DNA from: Marsupella aquatica
Taxonomy: Eukaryota > Plantae > Marchantiophyta
Length of the DNA stretch: 64,000 bases
NCBI GenBank assembly: GCA_973895155.1
Contig: OZ316893.1
Span: forward strand, 9,177,839-9,241,838
Direction of reading: 5' to 3'
The stretch's first letter is position 1. Every line of letters starts with the position of its first letter. Positions 25,155 through 37,988 of the stretch are shown one piece after another. The position numbers were made by a program, and so were the translations under genes. The notes under the pieces are model-generated. The model worked only from the letters and a program-made list of their open reading frames with translations, was not told the DNA's origin and did not search any database.

Positions 25155-28100
25155 ATGGGGCAACAGCAGCAACAGGTTGATACGACGTGCGGTTCCTTGT
25201 TGCGCGAACTGCAGGTGCGCTGCGTCCCTCAACCTTAGCTTCCTCTGCTCGCTGTCTCAGTCTATCACGTTTATTAAGAGTTTATCCTTGTGATTCATTT
25301 GATATCCCACCTCGGGACTTCAAGCGCCGAGTCCAGGAGAAGTGCACTCCTAGAACGAGGTCTTCTGTGGACACCTACGGAGGCTCCTATCCTCTTTCCC
25401 TGAGCTCTGCTTGTTTCTAATGTTCTGTCTTGGATTGTTTAAACTTTCCACCTAGCCTCTTTCTATGGAGCCAGGACCCCATCATGTTGGTCTTATGACC
25501 TCCCTCGAATGTCGCGTTGGATCGACTTCCTTTCTGGAGGATTTGTCCACCTCCCCTCCCTTCTGTCCCTCTCGAGCTGATCATTGCTTTTCGCTTGATT
25601 TAATACCTCCAAATGGTAGACGATATTCTACCTCGTATAATTATGGGACAAGAGAAGCGTGGCCTTCCTGACATGGAAGCCCTCGATGGACGTTTCCAGT
25701 CCGTCGATAGTTCCGCCTTGTTTTCCCTGAACGTCTGGAAGGACTGCAACTTGGTGTCCCCTGAAGATAGTTTCATTGGCTTCTATGCATTTGAATTGGA
25801 ACCCGGAGAAGTTTTTTGAGATGGTGAAGAATGAGTGTACACGGCGAACTGTCAGATGGACATGTGCCTGATATTTCTCTTCACACTGTTATCCCTAAAT
25901 TGGCAGCATATATGGGACGAGGTGGGCGAGAGCGATGCGGAAAGGGACAAGATGCTCCTTCAATTGGAGCAGGAGTGCCTGGAGGTGTACCGCCGGAAGG
26001 TGGACCATGCTAGTCATTCGAGGGCCCGTTTGCATCAAGCTTTGGCCGACGCCGAGGCCGAGCTTGCGAGCTTGTTCTCTGTCCTTGGTGACCGTCCTGC
26101 CCAATGGGTTCGTTTTTTTTACTTGCCCCTTCATGTCCTCTGTTATCTACTCGGGCTCGGGTGTCACCTCAGCTGGGCAGGTCCTGGCTGTGGATTTCTT
26201 GACAGTTTGTTTTTTCAATATGGAATGATGGTACTGCTGGAGGCGAAGAGTAGCGCGTACGACGTTTTGGAAATAAGGTCTTCATGTAGGAGGATCCGGA
26301 TATATCCATACGAATGAGGTTTCCTAGAAAACTCTTAAGTCAGACATGTTTCCTCTCCTTCTTTGGTGTTTTCATCGTTCTCCACCAATGCTGTGAGTTA
26401 TCTGGGAAGTTTGATTAATACGAAACTTCGATTCACCAGGAAAAGCGGTCAGGTACCTTGAGGGAACAAGTAGCAGCAGTCGCTCCTCAGTTGGAGGAAC
26501 TGCGGCAGAAAAGAGAGGAGCGTGCAAAACAGTTCGTGGATGTGAAGTCCCAGATACAGAAGATAGTTAGCGAAATCGCAGGAAACTCTCTAGCAGCTGA
26601 CGCTGGCTTGTTCTCTAATGGCGATGAGGACCTGACACTGAGGAGGCTTGACGAGTATCATGCCCAGCTTCAGACACTGCAGAAAGAAAAGGTGAACTTC
26701 AGGCTGTAGCTCACTCGTTCTTCGTTCTTTGGATTAGCCTGCTCGTCCTCGGGATCGGAGAAGGGGATCCGCCTACTGAGTCGTATTATGATCTAGGTGG
26801 TCAGTTTTGGGGACTTGCTAAAGAAGTTTTGTTCCTCGATTGTGGCTGAGATGTTGAGATAATTTGTTAATATTTGTAACGCGGTTGTTCTTGGTGGGTG
26901 CAGAACGATCGCCTGCTGAAAGTGTTGGAGTATGTGAATGTAGTGCACGAGCTCTGTGCAGTTTTGGGAATGGATTTTTTTAAGACCATTAGCGAAGTTG
27001 ATCCAAGCCTTGAAGACACAACTGGTGGTCAAGTTAAGAGTATCAGCAACGAGACCCTGGAGAGGCTAGCAAAATCGATCCACCTCCTGCAAGAAGAGAA
27101 GAAGAAACGCATTCAAAGGGTAATGTACAAACCAGTCTTTAAGTCCCATGTTTTCGTATCATTCAATGATGCCCTTCTGTTTCGCACCATTGAAACTCAC
27201 CCGCATGATTCATCTGACTGGACTCTGGATTTTTTCAGCTGCAAGATTTGGGGACCACCATGCTCGAGCTGTGGAATCTCATGGATACTCCTGCTGAGGA
27301 ACAGCAGCTGTTCCAGCATGTGACCTGCAATATAGCTGCGTCTGAATATGAAGTGACCACTCCGGGTGCCTTGACCCTAGATGTGATAGAACAGGTAAAT
27401 AAAGCTAGTAAAATTCCTTTTACACACTGCTCTGAGTGCTGATGAAACCTTTCTTCAGTCGGTTCGTTCGCGAAAAAGGAGCTGATTTGACCCGGACTCT
27501 ATCGCAGGCTGAGTTGGAAGTGGAGAGATTAGATCAACTCAAGTCAAGCAAGATGAAAGAGCTTGTACAAAAGAAGCGCTCCGAGCTTGAGGAGATCTGC
27601 AGAAGAGCACACATGGAACCTGATCCCAGCACAGCCCCAGATAAAACTGACGCCTTGATCGAATCTGGTATGCATGTTCCTCCTGTTTTGGTAGTAGTGT
27701 CGAAGCATAATTTGAAACGAGCCGCTACTAAACAAGCTGCCGGTGCCCTTATTGACATGCAGGCATTGTGGAGCCTTCAGTACTTCTGGGAAATCTCGAG
27801 GAGCAAATTGGAAAAGCCAGAGAGGAAGCGTACAGTAGGAGGGAGATAATGGAGAAGATGGAGAAGTGGTTGAGTGCATGCGAAGAAGAGAGCTGGCTCG
27901 AGGACTATAATAAGGTGTGGTAATGGGGGAACTTGTCCATCACTGCGTCCTATGAAATCTTCACCTTCCTTGGTGTGAAATGTGAACTGTTGCAGTTCGA
28001 GTGTGGTATGCAGTTTGTACTTACTATCTTGGTTTCTCTCAACAGGACGAAAACAGATACAATGCTAGTAAAGGTGCTCACATCAATCTGAAACGTGCGG

Positions 28101-29429
28101 AGCGAGCTCGAACGACCGTGAACAAGCTTCCATGTAATTTTGCAAGACTAAATTTTGTAGTTTGTTCTTACGAGGTTTTTATGTTAAGATCTGCCCTCCC
28201 TCTCTACTGCAGTCACTCCATGCTCGACAGCACTGTTTCGGCTGACACACTTGAAAATCTTTCTCAGCTCTGGTTGAATCTCTCACCTCGCGAACAAGGG
28301 CGTGGGAGGAAGAGCGAGGAGCTCCATTCTTGTATGATGGGGTACGTATCTGTCAGAACCGACACCGTTCTTTCAGAGGCTACAAACTGTGTCTTCTGTT
28401 ACAGAAGAGGATATTCCCTCATTAATCGGTTTCGTAACGTGTGGCAGGTGCGATTGTTGGCAATGTTAGACGAGTATAATTTCCTGAGACAAGAGAAGGA
28501 AGAGGAGAAGCGAAGAGCAAGAGTACGTATAGCTGTGACCACCATCTCTAGGTTTAGAATGGGCTGATTTTCCTTTACAGAGTTCAAACCTTGACACCTT
28601 TTAGCGTCGAGATGAAGCCGCTCAACTTGAACTGCCAAACTCACTCTGGATGGTCAACGTGCAGGATCACAAGCGGCTTCAAGAGCAGCTCATGAATGAG
28701 CAGGAAACCCTGTTCGGCTCAAGACCGAGTCCTAACAAAACAGGTATGAGCGCAAAGAAGACTGGTGGTTTGCGTGCGAATGGAAATGGCGGAACAGCGA
28801 ACAGACGGTTATCACTTGGAGGTGCAATGCTTCAGCCCTCCAACCCGGACCTGTTGGTGCCAAGAGTGAATGGCGTGACGCCTTCAAGATTAAGTACAGC
28901 GAATGGGAAAGCTAACGGCAAGCAACGCCCTTCAGCGCCCACGAATTATGTGGCCATACCCAAGGAGGATACCGCCTCACTTGCTTCAGCAGGTGGGTCT
29001 GATCCAACATCTCCACAGGCTGCATAAGCCTCCCGCGAGTCTCGACCATTGGCCGGGTATATCCTGATGTTACACGCTTTGTTTGATGAAGAGGACGTGG
29101 ATTTTTGTGTTGATTTTACTGGCTGCAGCATAACTACAGATAGTGTGACGCCGTATTTTGTTATGATCACTCAAATGAATCTGGCTGATGCAGGCACTCC
29201 ACTCTCACCTGTGGCTTCTGTGGGGCCGAACGCAAATGGGGACTCGCAGGAAGATCGTCCTGTCGTGACAAGTCACAGAAGCAGCCCCAGCAACAAGTCA
29301 GCTGGAAGGAGCCCTTTGGCGTCCCCACGTCGATCAGCTGTTAATGTAGACCGCGAGAACGCCGCACCAAGTTTACCAACTGGAGAGTATTCTTTTGAGG
29401 AAGCCAGACTCCATTTTCTGGCGGAATAG
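25155..29429 (+). CDS. MAP65: 65-kDa microtubule-associated protein (MAP65/Ase1/PRC1). Exons 25155-25214, 25907-26107, 26440-26691, 26904-27119, 27239-27394, 27508-27667, 27763-27914, 28046-28133, 28268-28341, 28448-28522, then 28665-29027 (stop) or 28665-28992 plus 29194-29429
   Basis: Motifs [87 protein letters not shown] and NRRLSLGGA. All introns are GT..AG with consistent phase. Confidence 0.95.
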
Positions 29430-30329
29430 CGGCTGATAGAGTTCTGCAAATTGGCAACCCTTTCAAGCTATTCGTTTCAGTCCACTGCCGCAGAAATGGA
29501 ATGGCTGTCACGTTTGCTAAATTTGAGTGTGGCGTAATTTTGTTAGTGGCGGTGGTGTATCAGAAAATTAGTGCGGAAGCTCCTCGTATGACCTGACTAG
29601 AAGTTGATCTCTGTTCTAGGAGTCTGCCTTGTACAGCAGCAGCAGCAGCTAACCTCTGCACTGACTGAGCCAATCCTGGTTGGCTCCTTCTGCTTTAACT
29701 AATGGAATATTTCCAGTGCAATAACTTTTATAACTTATTTGTGTCCTCCGGAGTAGAAAGAGCGAAGAAGTAAGAGGGCAGTGTTATGAAGTGCTGCAGT
29801 TTTCCTCGTGCAGCTGGTGGGGACTTCTTCACCAATATTGAAGACGTGTTCCTGTTCAGTCTTGCTGTCTTTGGAGGCAATCTCACGTAGGACCTCAAAT
29901 GTACTAGAACTCTTTTTGTACATAGTGAAAATCAATATCTTGAAGTCTACTAGTGCAGGACCTCTTCTCCTTTACCTGGTCCCGATAGGTTCAAGTATAT
30001 ATTTTCCGTAGGGCCTCTCCTCCTTTTACCCGCTCCCAATACGTTCAAGTATATACTTTCTGCTACCTGAGGAAGGGATCCTGGCTCAGAAGCACCAAGG
30101 ATGTTGGTGCCCTGGTTCTGGAGTATGTCTCTACCTTTTCTGTAGTGGTTTGAATGTCTGGAATGTACCATGGTCAATTCGCAAACCTTTCTTGAGGGAA
30201 AGGGTGTATCATATTTTCCTCATAATGACTTGATTTCAACATATAGAGATATCCCTGTAGCAAAACAGTGAAGTGATGATGTGGATGTCTGAACAAAGTC
30301 GTCTCCTCGAGGTTGGTCAGTAGAAAAAC

Positions 30330-31912
30330 GTGAAATCAATATTGAGAGAAGACGGGATGTCTAGTCCGCCGCTCGGGTTTACGAAAGAAGCTGTGAGAAT
30401 GTACGGAATTTATTTCTTTAGTTCTGGGATGAATGGCGTATCGTTGGCCTAGAGAATTGTTGCACAATGAGATTTTCATTGTAAGTTTCGTTTGTCCTGG
30501 GAGCCAGAGTTTTGTGACGTGAGGGATTAAGTTATTACCTCGCACGGCTTCTGGTATTGCATGCAACTCCATCAGCATGCCCATTGGTCTATTGCTATCC
30601 TTGACGAGCGATGAGTGTTCAGACGGAGAAGGAAATATGGCCAGACAAGGATTCCGTGCCGTCATTCAACTCACTTGAAATGGATGGTATGGGTAGCTTC
30701 CCTAATCAGCAACGGTGGGAAACTTTTCTTTGAGCAAAAAGGGGACAATACCCGAGACGGCCCGCATTTATTGACAAGGACCAAACAAAGTACAATAGAA
30801 AGTACCGGACACGGGCCGCAATTTATTGACAAGGACCAAATCAAGTACAATAGAGTAACAGGAATAGAGAGGTTCAGAGTGATACAAATGCAAAAGAAGA
30901 GAGTGTACAAACACAAGAACAGGGCGAATGTAATTGAACTCCTAACTAATGGGTGAAAAATCTATCACTGGAATAGTATTCTCGCGCTAATGGTCTACAT
31001 CTTGTGCTGTAACGTATGGGACATGGATATCCTTGGGTATTGGAATTCCGAACCTCTATCAGCAGGAGACGAGAAGGTGCAAACTGGCACGGAAACTGGT
31101 ATTCAAACTCGAAAGACTAAAGATCAGGTAAAACATAGTCCAAAAAACCTTCCACGGGCAAACACCGGGACTCGTTCGTAAATTAACATTCAACGACGGT
31201 CGAAATACCAAAGATCTCGGTAAAACATAGTACAAGAAGCTTCCACGGGCAAACATAGGGAGCCTCAAGCCATCTTCCGAATCGAATGCAGGGTGGTAAT
31301 TGAGGATCCCCATATGGTAGTTCTTGAGCTTCACTCTCGGGGAAGCATCTCCTCGTTGGGGCTGCTTTGCCATGTACAGAAACCCTGTTGCTGACAAGAG
31401 CTCGTAAGCACTATTATGACCATGTGCCAGACTGTCCCCGAGGTTATATGGAGTGATCGGTTGCTAAGAAGCTCCTCCTTTTAACCATTATGAAGCACTT
31501 TGCGTGAATACTCAGACTGACAGAAAAACTTCAAAAGCGTTTTGACTCCGAGGTTCTGTAGATGATCGGTTCCTGAGAAGAAGCTCGGCCGTTTAACCAT
31601 TATGACGCTTCAGCGTGAAACCTAAGACTGACAAAAAGAAGTTCAAAAGCGCTTTGACTCCGAAGTTCTATGGATGATTGACTCCTAACATGTAGCTCGG
31701 CGTTTTATCCATTATGAAGCATTTGAGTGGAACCGTAGACTGACAAAAAGAAGTTCGAAGGCGTTTTGACTCATCCTGCTAAGTTCTTTCCTGAACATGT
31801 TAAGTTGAACGACAGTCTACTTTGGGATCTTCCAAAAAAGATGAAGGACAGTCTACTTGGGGATTTTCCAGGAAAGATGAAGGACAGTCTACTTGGGGAT
31901 AGTCCCTCAGAG
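30330..31912 (-). pseudogene. Degraded gene remnant, possibly F-box-like, with internal tandem duplications
   Basis: Short broken frames (APSRLLLIEV, IFHPLVRSSITF, VSRKxxxMVKRPSF-like). Shares its 5' part with 9018-9312. Identity is uncertain. Confidence 0.22.
31437..31770. repeat. ~110-bp tandem repeat x3, followed by a ~33-bp repeat x3 (31810-31900)
   Basis: CCGA.GTT...GATGAT.G...AGCTC...CCATTATGA...GACTGACA..AA.TTC.AA.GCG.TTTGACT three times, then GACAGTCTACTT.GGGAT three times. Confidence 0.9.
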
Positions 31913-32508
31913 TCTAGCCCGTTCAATCTACGTCAGTTGTACAACCAGAACATAAACCAAGACACATGTGGTTCAAATCACCTGGTTTGTAGATCTTATG
32001 TGCTGGTGTATGGAGGGTATTAACTTGACATAAATGTAACAAGCAGTTATGAAAAAGGTCAAGAGTACCCAATGTGAGTACCACTAAGGGCGGTATTGCA
32101 TGCGGGTGGCCCTTGAGTTTCCAGCCCTCAACCGGGCCCTCAACTGTAGGTGATCGACATTCCAGGACTGATTGAGACTTTTATGCCTCAACCTCCCCCC
32201 TAGGCAAGGCTGATGGCATATGTGATGGATAACAAAAAGCAAGGGCCAGAAACTTTCCAACACTTGAGGTCAGGAACCTGGAAAATTGAATAAAACAAAA
32301 GAAAATTCACACATACCAAAGTTCATACTTGCAATGTAGCAGATTCTGTGCAAAATTGAAATCCACTTGTTCCCAACAATTGAAGAGTGCTAAGGGTCAT
32401 AAAAGAAAGGGCCTTGACATGCAAGACAATCTAAATGGTATGGAGCCATGAAAGTAGTTGGAGGAGAACACTAGCAATGTGTTGCTCACCCCGAGCCAAT
32501 GTCGTACA

Positions 32509-34300
32509 CTACTTTGTTAGCAAGTAACTAGTGGAAAGATTCAGATAGATCAAATTTTGCGATTCCTCGAGAATTTCAGGGATCTCTGCTGAAAGGGAGT
32601 TCTGTTCCAAGCTCCAAGTTTCTAAGCTCTGCTGGAAAATATGGTGCCATTCAGATGGTTGGTGCCCACAGAGATCTTGGAGGTTTGTGAGATTCACAAT
32701 ACTAACTTGGGTACTAACCCTCAGGAATTTGTCCACTGAAGATGTTTCACTTCAGATCCAGAGCCCCAAAGTTCACGAGAGTCCCCAAGTCCATGGGAAT
32801 ATGGCCTACAAGTATGTGTTTGCCATATAAGAGAGAACAATCAAATTCAGGAGGTTCCCCAAAGTGCATGAATTCAATCAAGTTCTTTTCAGACAGACAA
32901 GGAAAGTTGAGCTTCTGAAGAGTTGGAATCCTTTCGAATACTGCCAACAAGGTGATTTTTGCAACCCTGGTAACCTCATGGGCCATAACTCCCCGGGAAA
33001 TGAGGGCTTTAGCTCAAGTTTTGAGAGACTATTACTTTCAATTGCCCAGAATGCACTCCTAACAGGGTGTTAATATGCTTTAAGGCCAAAGCAATTATGG
33101 TCTCTTAATTCAGGTTCAAACTTCTCCTCAAAGAACATCATGGTCTCTAAAATCCAATTTTGAGTCTCCTAAGAAAAGATAGGATTTAAAAAACAAAATT
33201 CTTTGAATATTCCAAATTAATAGATGAGAAAATTAAGAACAACTTTTATCTTAAGTTTTAGGGTGTTCAAGCCTTCAAAACTTCACGCATTATAAAGGGC
33301 TCTATAATGAGACCCATGAGTGTGGATTTGCAAAGTGCTTGGAATGGATCCCAGATCCATCTTCGGATCTTTGAAGTTGTTTGCGTAGAGATAGAGAAAC
33401 TGAAAGCTGACAAGAGCGCAACTCCCTAGGAATGAAGCCATCCAGAAGATTAGTCTTTAAAGAAAAGTATTATAAATCTGTGGAGTTTAGTCCGGGTTTG
33501 CCGACGTCTGTAGGATGGGTCCACTCAAGTGTTTTGATAAAAAAGCAAAGTCTCTAAGTTGTTGAGAGCCCCCAACTCCTTTGGAATGGTGTCCACTCGT
33601 GGACCAATCCCCAACTCAAAGAACTAGCAAATTCACAAGGCTTCCCCAAAGTGTCCGGAATCAACTCAAGTTGTTGTGGTCAAGAAAGAGAACCTCTAAA
33701 TTGTTGAGAGTGAGGTTGAGAGCACCCAACTCCTTTGGAATAGCATCACCTACTTGACTAATATGGCAAACCTCATGGTCTTGTACTTTTGTGAGGTTTT
33801 CAAAAGTGCTTCCATGGAATGATGAGAGGAGATCTAGAAGCTGCACTCTAGGTTGCACCTTGTCAAGAGCCCCTCCCTGGGAATAGTAACTTCCAGTTGA
33901 TTCTTGTTCAAATCAAAACACAATGAATTATTTTGGGAGATTTGACAAAGTGATGGCATAATGAATATTCTACCCACGTTAGCCCACATATTGGTGAAAT
34001 AGAGAAACAAAACCTGAAGCTTGTTGAGAGCCCCCAATTCCTCTGGAATAGCACCAAGTAGTAGATTAGAGCTCAAATCAAGCATTTGTAACAATGTGAG
34101 CTACTTTCACCAATGTGTTGGGAATCTCCCCAAAGAAGCCATTGCTGGAGAGATTCAAACTGGTGAGAAAAAAGGTTCTCTAAGATCAGATTGGGAGGAC
34201 CACTTAGCTTCTTCACATAAACAGCTAGACACAGCACTGGTTCAGCACCTTGACAGTGACTCCTTCCCAGCCCGAGCAAAGGTTGGGCTGGGGTGATCGA
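32509..34300 (-). pseudogene. Fragmented LRR receptor-like protein/kinase ectodomain pseudogene
   Basis: Plant extracellular LRR consensus pieces LQMLDLSSNLLLGAIPEELGALNKLQVLFL, IPKELGALN..LEVLFLDHNNLS and SLEQNSLSAEIPE..NLIYLNLS lie in different frames separated by stops. Confidence 0.8.
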
Positions 34301-36461
34301 TGATTGTAAGTTATACTTGAAATGTGGTGGGTTGAGTTTTGACTCTAATGGCTAATTATGATATTGGATAGATGGAACTGGAAAAAATGATTTTGACTTG
34401 AGACAAATTTTCAGAAATCTCAGGAAAATTACACTGATGGAAAGCATCCACCATGTCTGAGTGCATTCCATGGATTAGTGCAAGCCAATCATGTAGTCCC
34501 CTAAAACATAATTTTTTCTTTGTAAATGCAATCCAAAATGCAAATTTTATGACTACATCTTGGCCGTCACCAAACAACAATTTCCAAGTGCATTCTGTCT
34601 ATAAGTGCACACATAGATTTATCAGTTACTGGGGAGAGAGTGCACAAGACGCCTTCATTGATAAGAGCTTGCAATGATTACCTAAACTACCTACATGCAC
34701 TTGTCCAGTTTGTAAGGGGCTGTACGAGGACTTTACGGTGTGAGACCTGACAGCAGGTTCACAATGACATCACAATTCTGATTGACACTGAACCCCAAGC
34801 TTCCAGTGATTGAGAGGACCAAACACCCGGAAAAACATTTAGCATGGAGCTTGGGCTTATGGTAGGGTGATGAAGCCCTAGTTACTTCAAATTTACCTGC
34901 TCAAACTGCACGTGTGGCTGTTCTGTGATCATGCATAAATTCAGAAGTGAATAATCTTAATTCCTTGAGTGCCCTTGTTGCTTAGTGCACACATTGGATA
35001 TGTGGAGTCTCCAGTCATCTTCCTAGGAGCCTGCACTTAGAGAGTATAGAATGTAGATAAATTCCTGTGTTCTAGGAGAGCTAACACATCCTCCTGGAAA
35101 TCCTTCTACAGGTCAGAACCAAGCAAATGGGCAATTACATTTAGAGCTTTGGTTTGAAGTGTTTGTTTTGGTCCTTCAGCACACAAGTGGGTGCTTTGGG
35201 TGCACAGGGAGAACCATAGCTGAGCAAATGGGCAATTACACAGAGATCGTGGTTTTAATCTAGCTTGACAAGGTATTGTGCAATGTATGTCATGCTTGGT
35301 ACAACAAGATCATAACAGAGCAATAGTGTTGGGTGAAATTGACATGCGACATAGATGACAAACTCTATCATGGAAGCTTGGACCAGGAGATAATTAACAG
35401 CCATGAATTTCCAAGATCTGTTTGCTAGATATCGAGAGATGGGTGCAATGGCTCCACAACAAACCTTCGATGAGCAATTCTGCGTACACAACCAAAATGC
35501 ACCTCCAAATTCGTGGGCCTTAAGTGGTGACCCCTTTAGCAGGGTGTGTTTGCACAACTACTCCTGTGCTCTCTTTTGACAATCTTTTTCTTTTTCAATT
35601 GTAGGATCTACCTGAATCTTGTTTTTGCTTTATTTACAAGTTTGAAGGCTGGAACTTCTAGTCTACGGAGTGCAATCAATTCTCACTTTCATCATTAGTT
35701 ACAAATTAAAAAACCTTGATATGCAAGAGTTCAAGTTGGGATTGATTTGCTGTTTTAAACTTCCTTCCCCAATTCATAAACATCCAAGTCATAAACTGGA
35801 TGTGTTTTTCAGTGATCTATCATGGATGAAGGAAATTAGATAGAATTGAATAACCTGTACAAGCCTAAGTTTGAGAATAATGCATACAATTTGACTCGGT
35901 AATTGTTTGGCCCCATGCCTACTCATGTGGCGACACCGGAAAGATATATTGAAGTTCCATTCACAAGAGCCATCCAAAATTTGTATTTAAGCCAATATAT
36001 ATGTTAGGGTTATGTTTGTATAGTTGTAGCATAATTGTTTCACTTACGATTGATATCATGATCTTCTTAATTCATAACCTAGATCATAATAGGATGTACT
36101 CTGCAATTATTTCTTTGGGCAGTAATTGACTTCATTGTTGGAAATGGAAGAATTTAAAGCATTTTCATATTAGTAACAGCATTCGTGGTTTGTCTTCAAA
36201 GTAAATAAGCCCCAAATCATGAACAATTTAGAAATCAGCAAGCACGATTCTTTGCCTCAATAGAGGTTCATAGTTTCATACTATATGTCTCTCCTTTGAC
36301 ATGAGCATTCTTTTTTTCATTGCCTCTTTTAGGTCCTTGTGAAAGATTATCGTTCAAGGATTGTGATGCCAATGCTATCCATTCTAATGCAAATTCATCC
36401 ACTGAAAGCTGCCTAATTATTGGTTTCCTTTAATTCTAAGAATTTGCGTGTGTGACTCTAG

Positions 36462-37988
36462 GATCTACCTTCCCTACCGGAAAACAACAACAACAACAAC
36501 GAAGGGCCAAAGAAAGAGCGCCTCATGTTCAAGCTCCCTTCTCCCAAATCTTTTAGACCATTCCTTGTGAGCATGGATGAAGAGCACAAGCAAGGTCTGT
36601 CAGGAGATGAAGAAGTGGAAGACCTTCTTCAACCTCCCCCCCCACAGTTGCAGCAAGGCTGGAATTTAGGACTGCTAAAAACAAATAGTTTGTCGAAAGA
36701 CTATTACAAGCTCACTTCCAACATGCTTCAAACTCTGATCATGGGCATCAAAGAACTTACAGATGGCGAAATTTCTTCAGCTTGGCAAATTGCTCAAGAT
36801 AGGGGATATCATAAACGAAGCAATTTCTCCAACATATTCTTGCAAGATGTTGCGAAGAAGCCAGTGGCAACCACAGAATCCAATCACACAAGTTGTATCC
36901 AAGAAGATTCTGTGGAAGAAAAAAGAAATAGGGAAGCATCCACAGAACTTGAAACCAAATGCCAACCCCGCTGTAAACTTGCTCCGAACAACAGTGGAGG
37001 GCAAGCAACAGCACCAAAGGAATCAGTAGAGAGATCAAATGACATTGATGGCATTCTAGAGCTCAGAAAATTACTCTGGAGGCAGATAGTTCCTCACCAT
37101 TGCTTAGGGGCTGCATTAGATCCTAAACAAGATAGGGAGAAGACGATGAAATTGATGCAAGAGTCTAGAATGAAGGTTGTTAATGCTGCAGGTTTTGGAG
37201 TGAGCTCTGATAACTACAGTTGTACCTTCCCTGAAACATGTCAAGTTTCCTTCAAGGCTGTAACACAACAAGTAGCTGCCAAGGAATCTGAACAAACGAT
37301 ACACACATCTCCTGATACACCAAGTACGGAGGATGAACCAAGAGCAACTTCAAGAAAAGTGGAGGACATGGAATCCAAATTTGCTGAAGAAGATTCAGGA
37401 GATGAGGAACCACATGGCACCTCTAGATCTCCCAAAGAAGAGCCAGATCATGAACCCACAAAGACAGAGTACAGAGTTTCATTCCCTGAGGAAGATGTTG
37501 ATATGGAAGAAGAGTATGCAAATTCCAGAGAAGTGAAAGACACTCAACCACTGAAAAGGAGTAAGTTTAGTGAAAACAGGGGGACCAAATTTGAACAACC
37601 AAAGTCCAGTAGAAGCAACTTTCATCCTAAGGAAACCAGATTTTCAGTTGACGGTCAGATATTACCCATCTTTGATGAAGAGTTTGAAATTATTGAAGAA
37701 GAGAATGAAAACCCTTCTAAATCTCCCAACGAAAACCTTGTGAGCTGCAGAAGTGGTGGAGATGGCTCACCTCAGAACGACCGTGTAGATAGACAACTGC
37801 GCGTTGTCAACAGAAACAACAAAGAGGTCAGGCAACGTAATGGAATTCAACATAAAGACGCTGTTATTCCACCAGAATGTACTACACGTAGCTGGTGTAT
37901 AGTAGGAGGATTTAGTTCAAGGTCTCAAATCACATTGAGAAACAAACATAGCCTTTCTCAAAAACCAACAAAACAGCTCCAAATGTAA
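36462..37988 (+). CDS. Hypothetical protein (487 aa from ATG at 36525; frame open from a CTAG| acceptor at 36462), acidic and low-complexity, no recognisable domain
   Basis: About 1.5 kb stop-free frame in AT-rich surroundings with Glu/Ser/Lys-rich composition. Could be a terminal exon or TE-derived. Confidence 0.5.
   Translation, partial: DLPSLPENNNNNNEGPKKERLMFKLPSPKSFRPFLVSMDEEHKQGLSGDEEVEDLLQPPPPQLQQGWNLGLLKTNSLSKDYYKLTSNMLQTLIMGIKELTDGEISSAWQIAQDRGYHKRSNFSNIFLQDVAKKPVATTESNHTSCIQEDSVEEKRNREASTELETKCQPRCKLAPNNSGGQATAPKESVERSNDIDGILELRKLLWRQIVPHHCLGAALDPKQDREKTMKLMQESRMKVVNAAGFGVSSDNYSCTFPETCQVSFKAVTQQVAAKESEQTIHTSPDTPSTEDEPRATSRKVEDMESKFAEEDSGDEEPHGTSRSPKEEPDHEPTKTEYRVSFPEEDVDMEEEYANSREVKDTQPLKRSKFSENRGTKFEQPKSSRSNFHPKETRFSVDGQILPIFDEEFEIIEEENENPSKSPNENLVSCRSGGDGSPQNDRVDRQLRVVNRNNKEVRQRNGIQHKDAVIPPECTTRSWCIVGGFSSRSQITLRNKHSLSQKPTKQLQM

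Noticed and set aside
29049-29193. Independent 126-aa gene starting at 29049
   Set aside because: Non-ATG start. Only the part after the acceptor at 29193 looks coding, and it fits as the last MAP65 exon.
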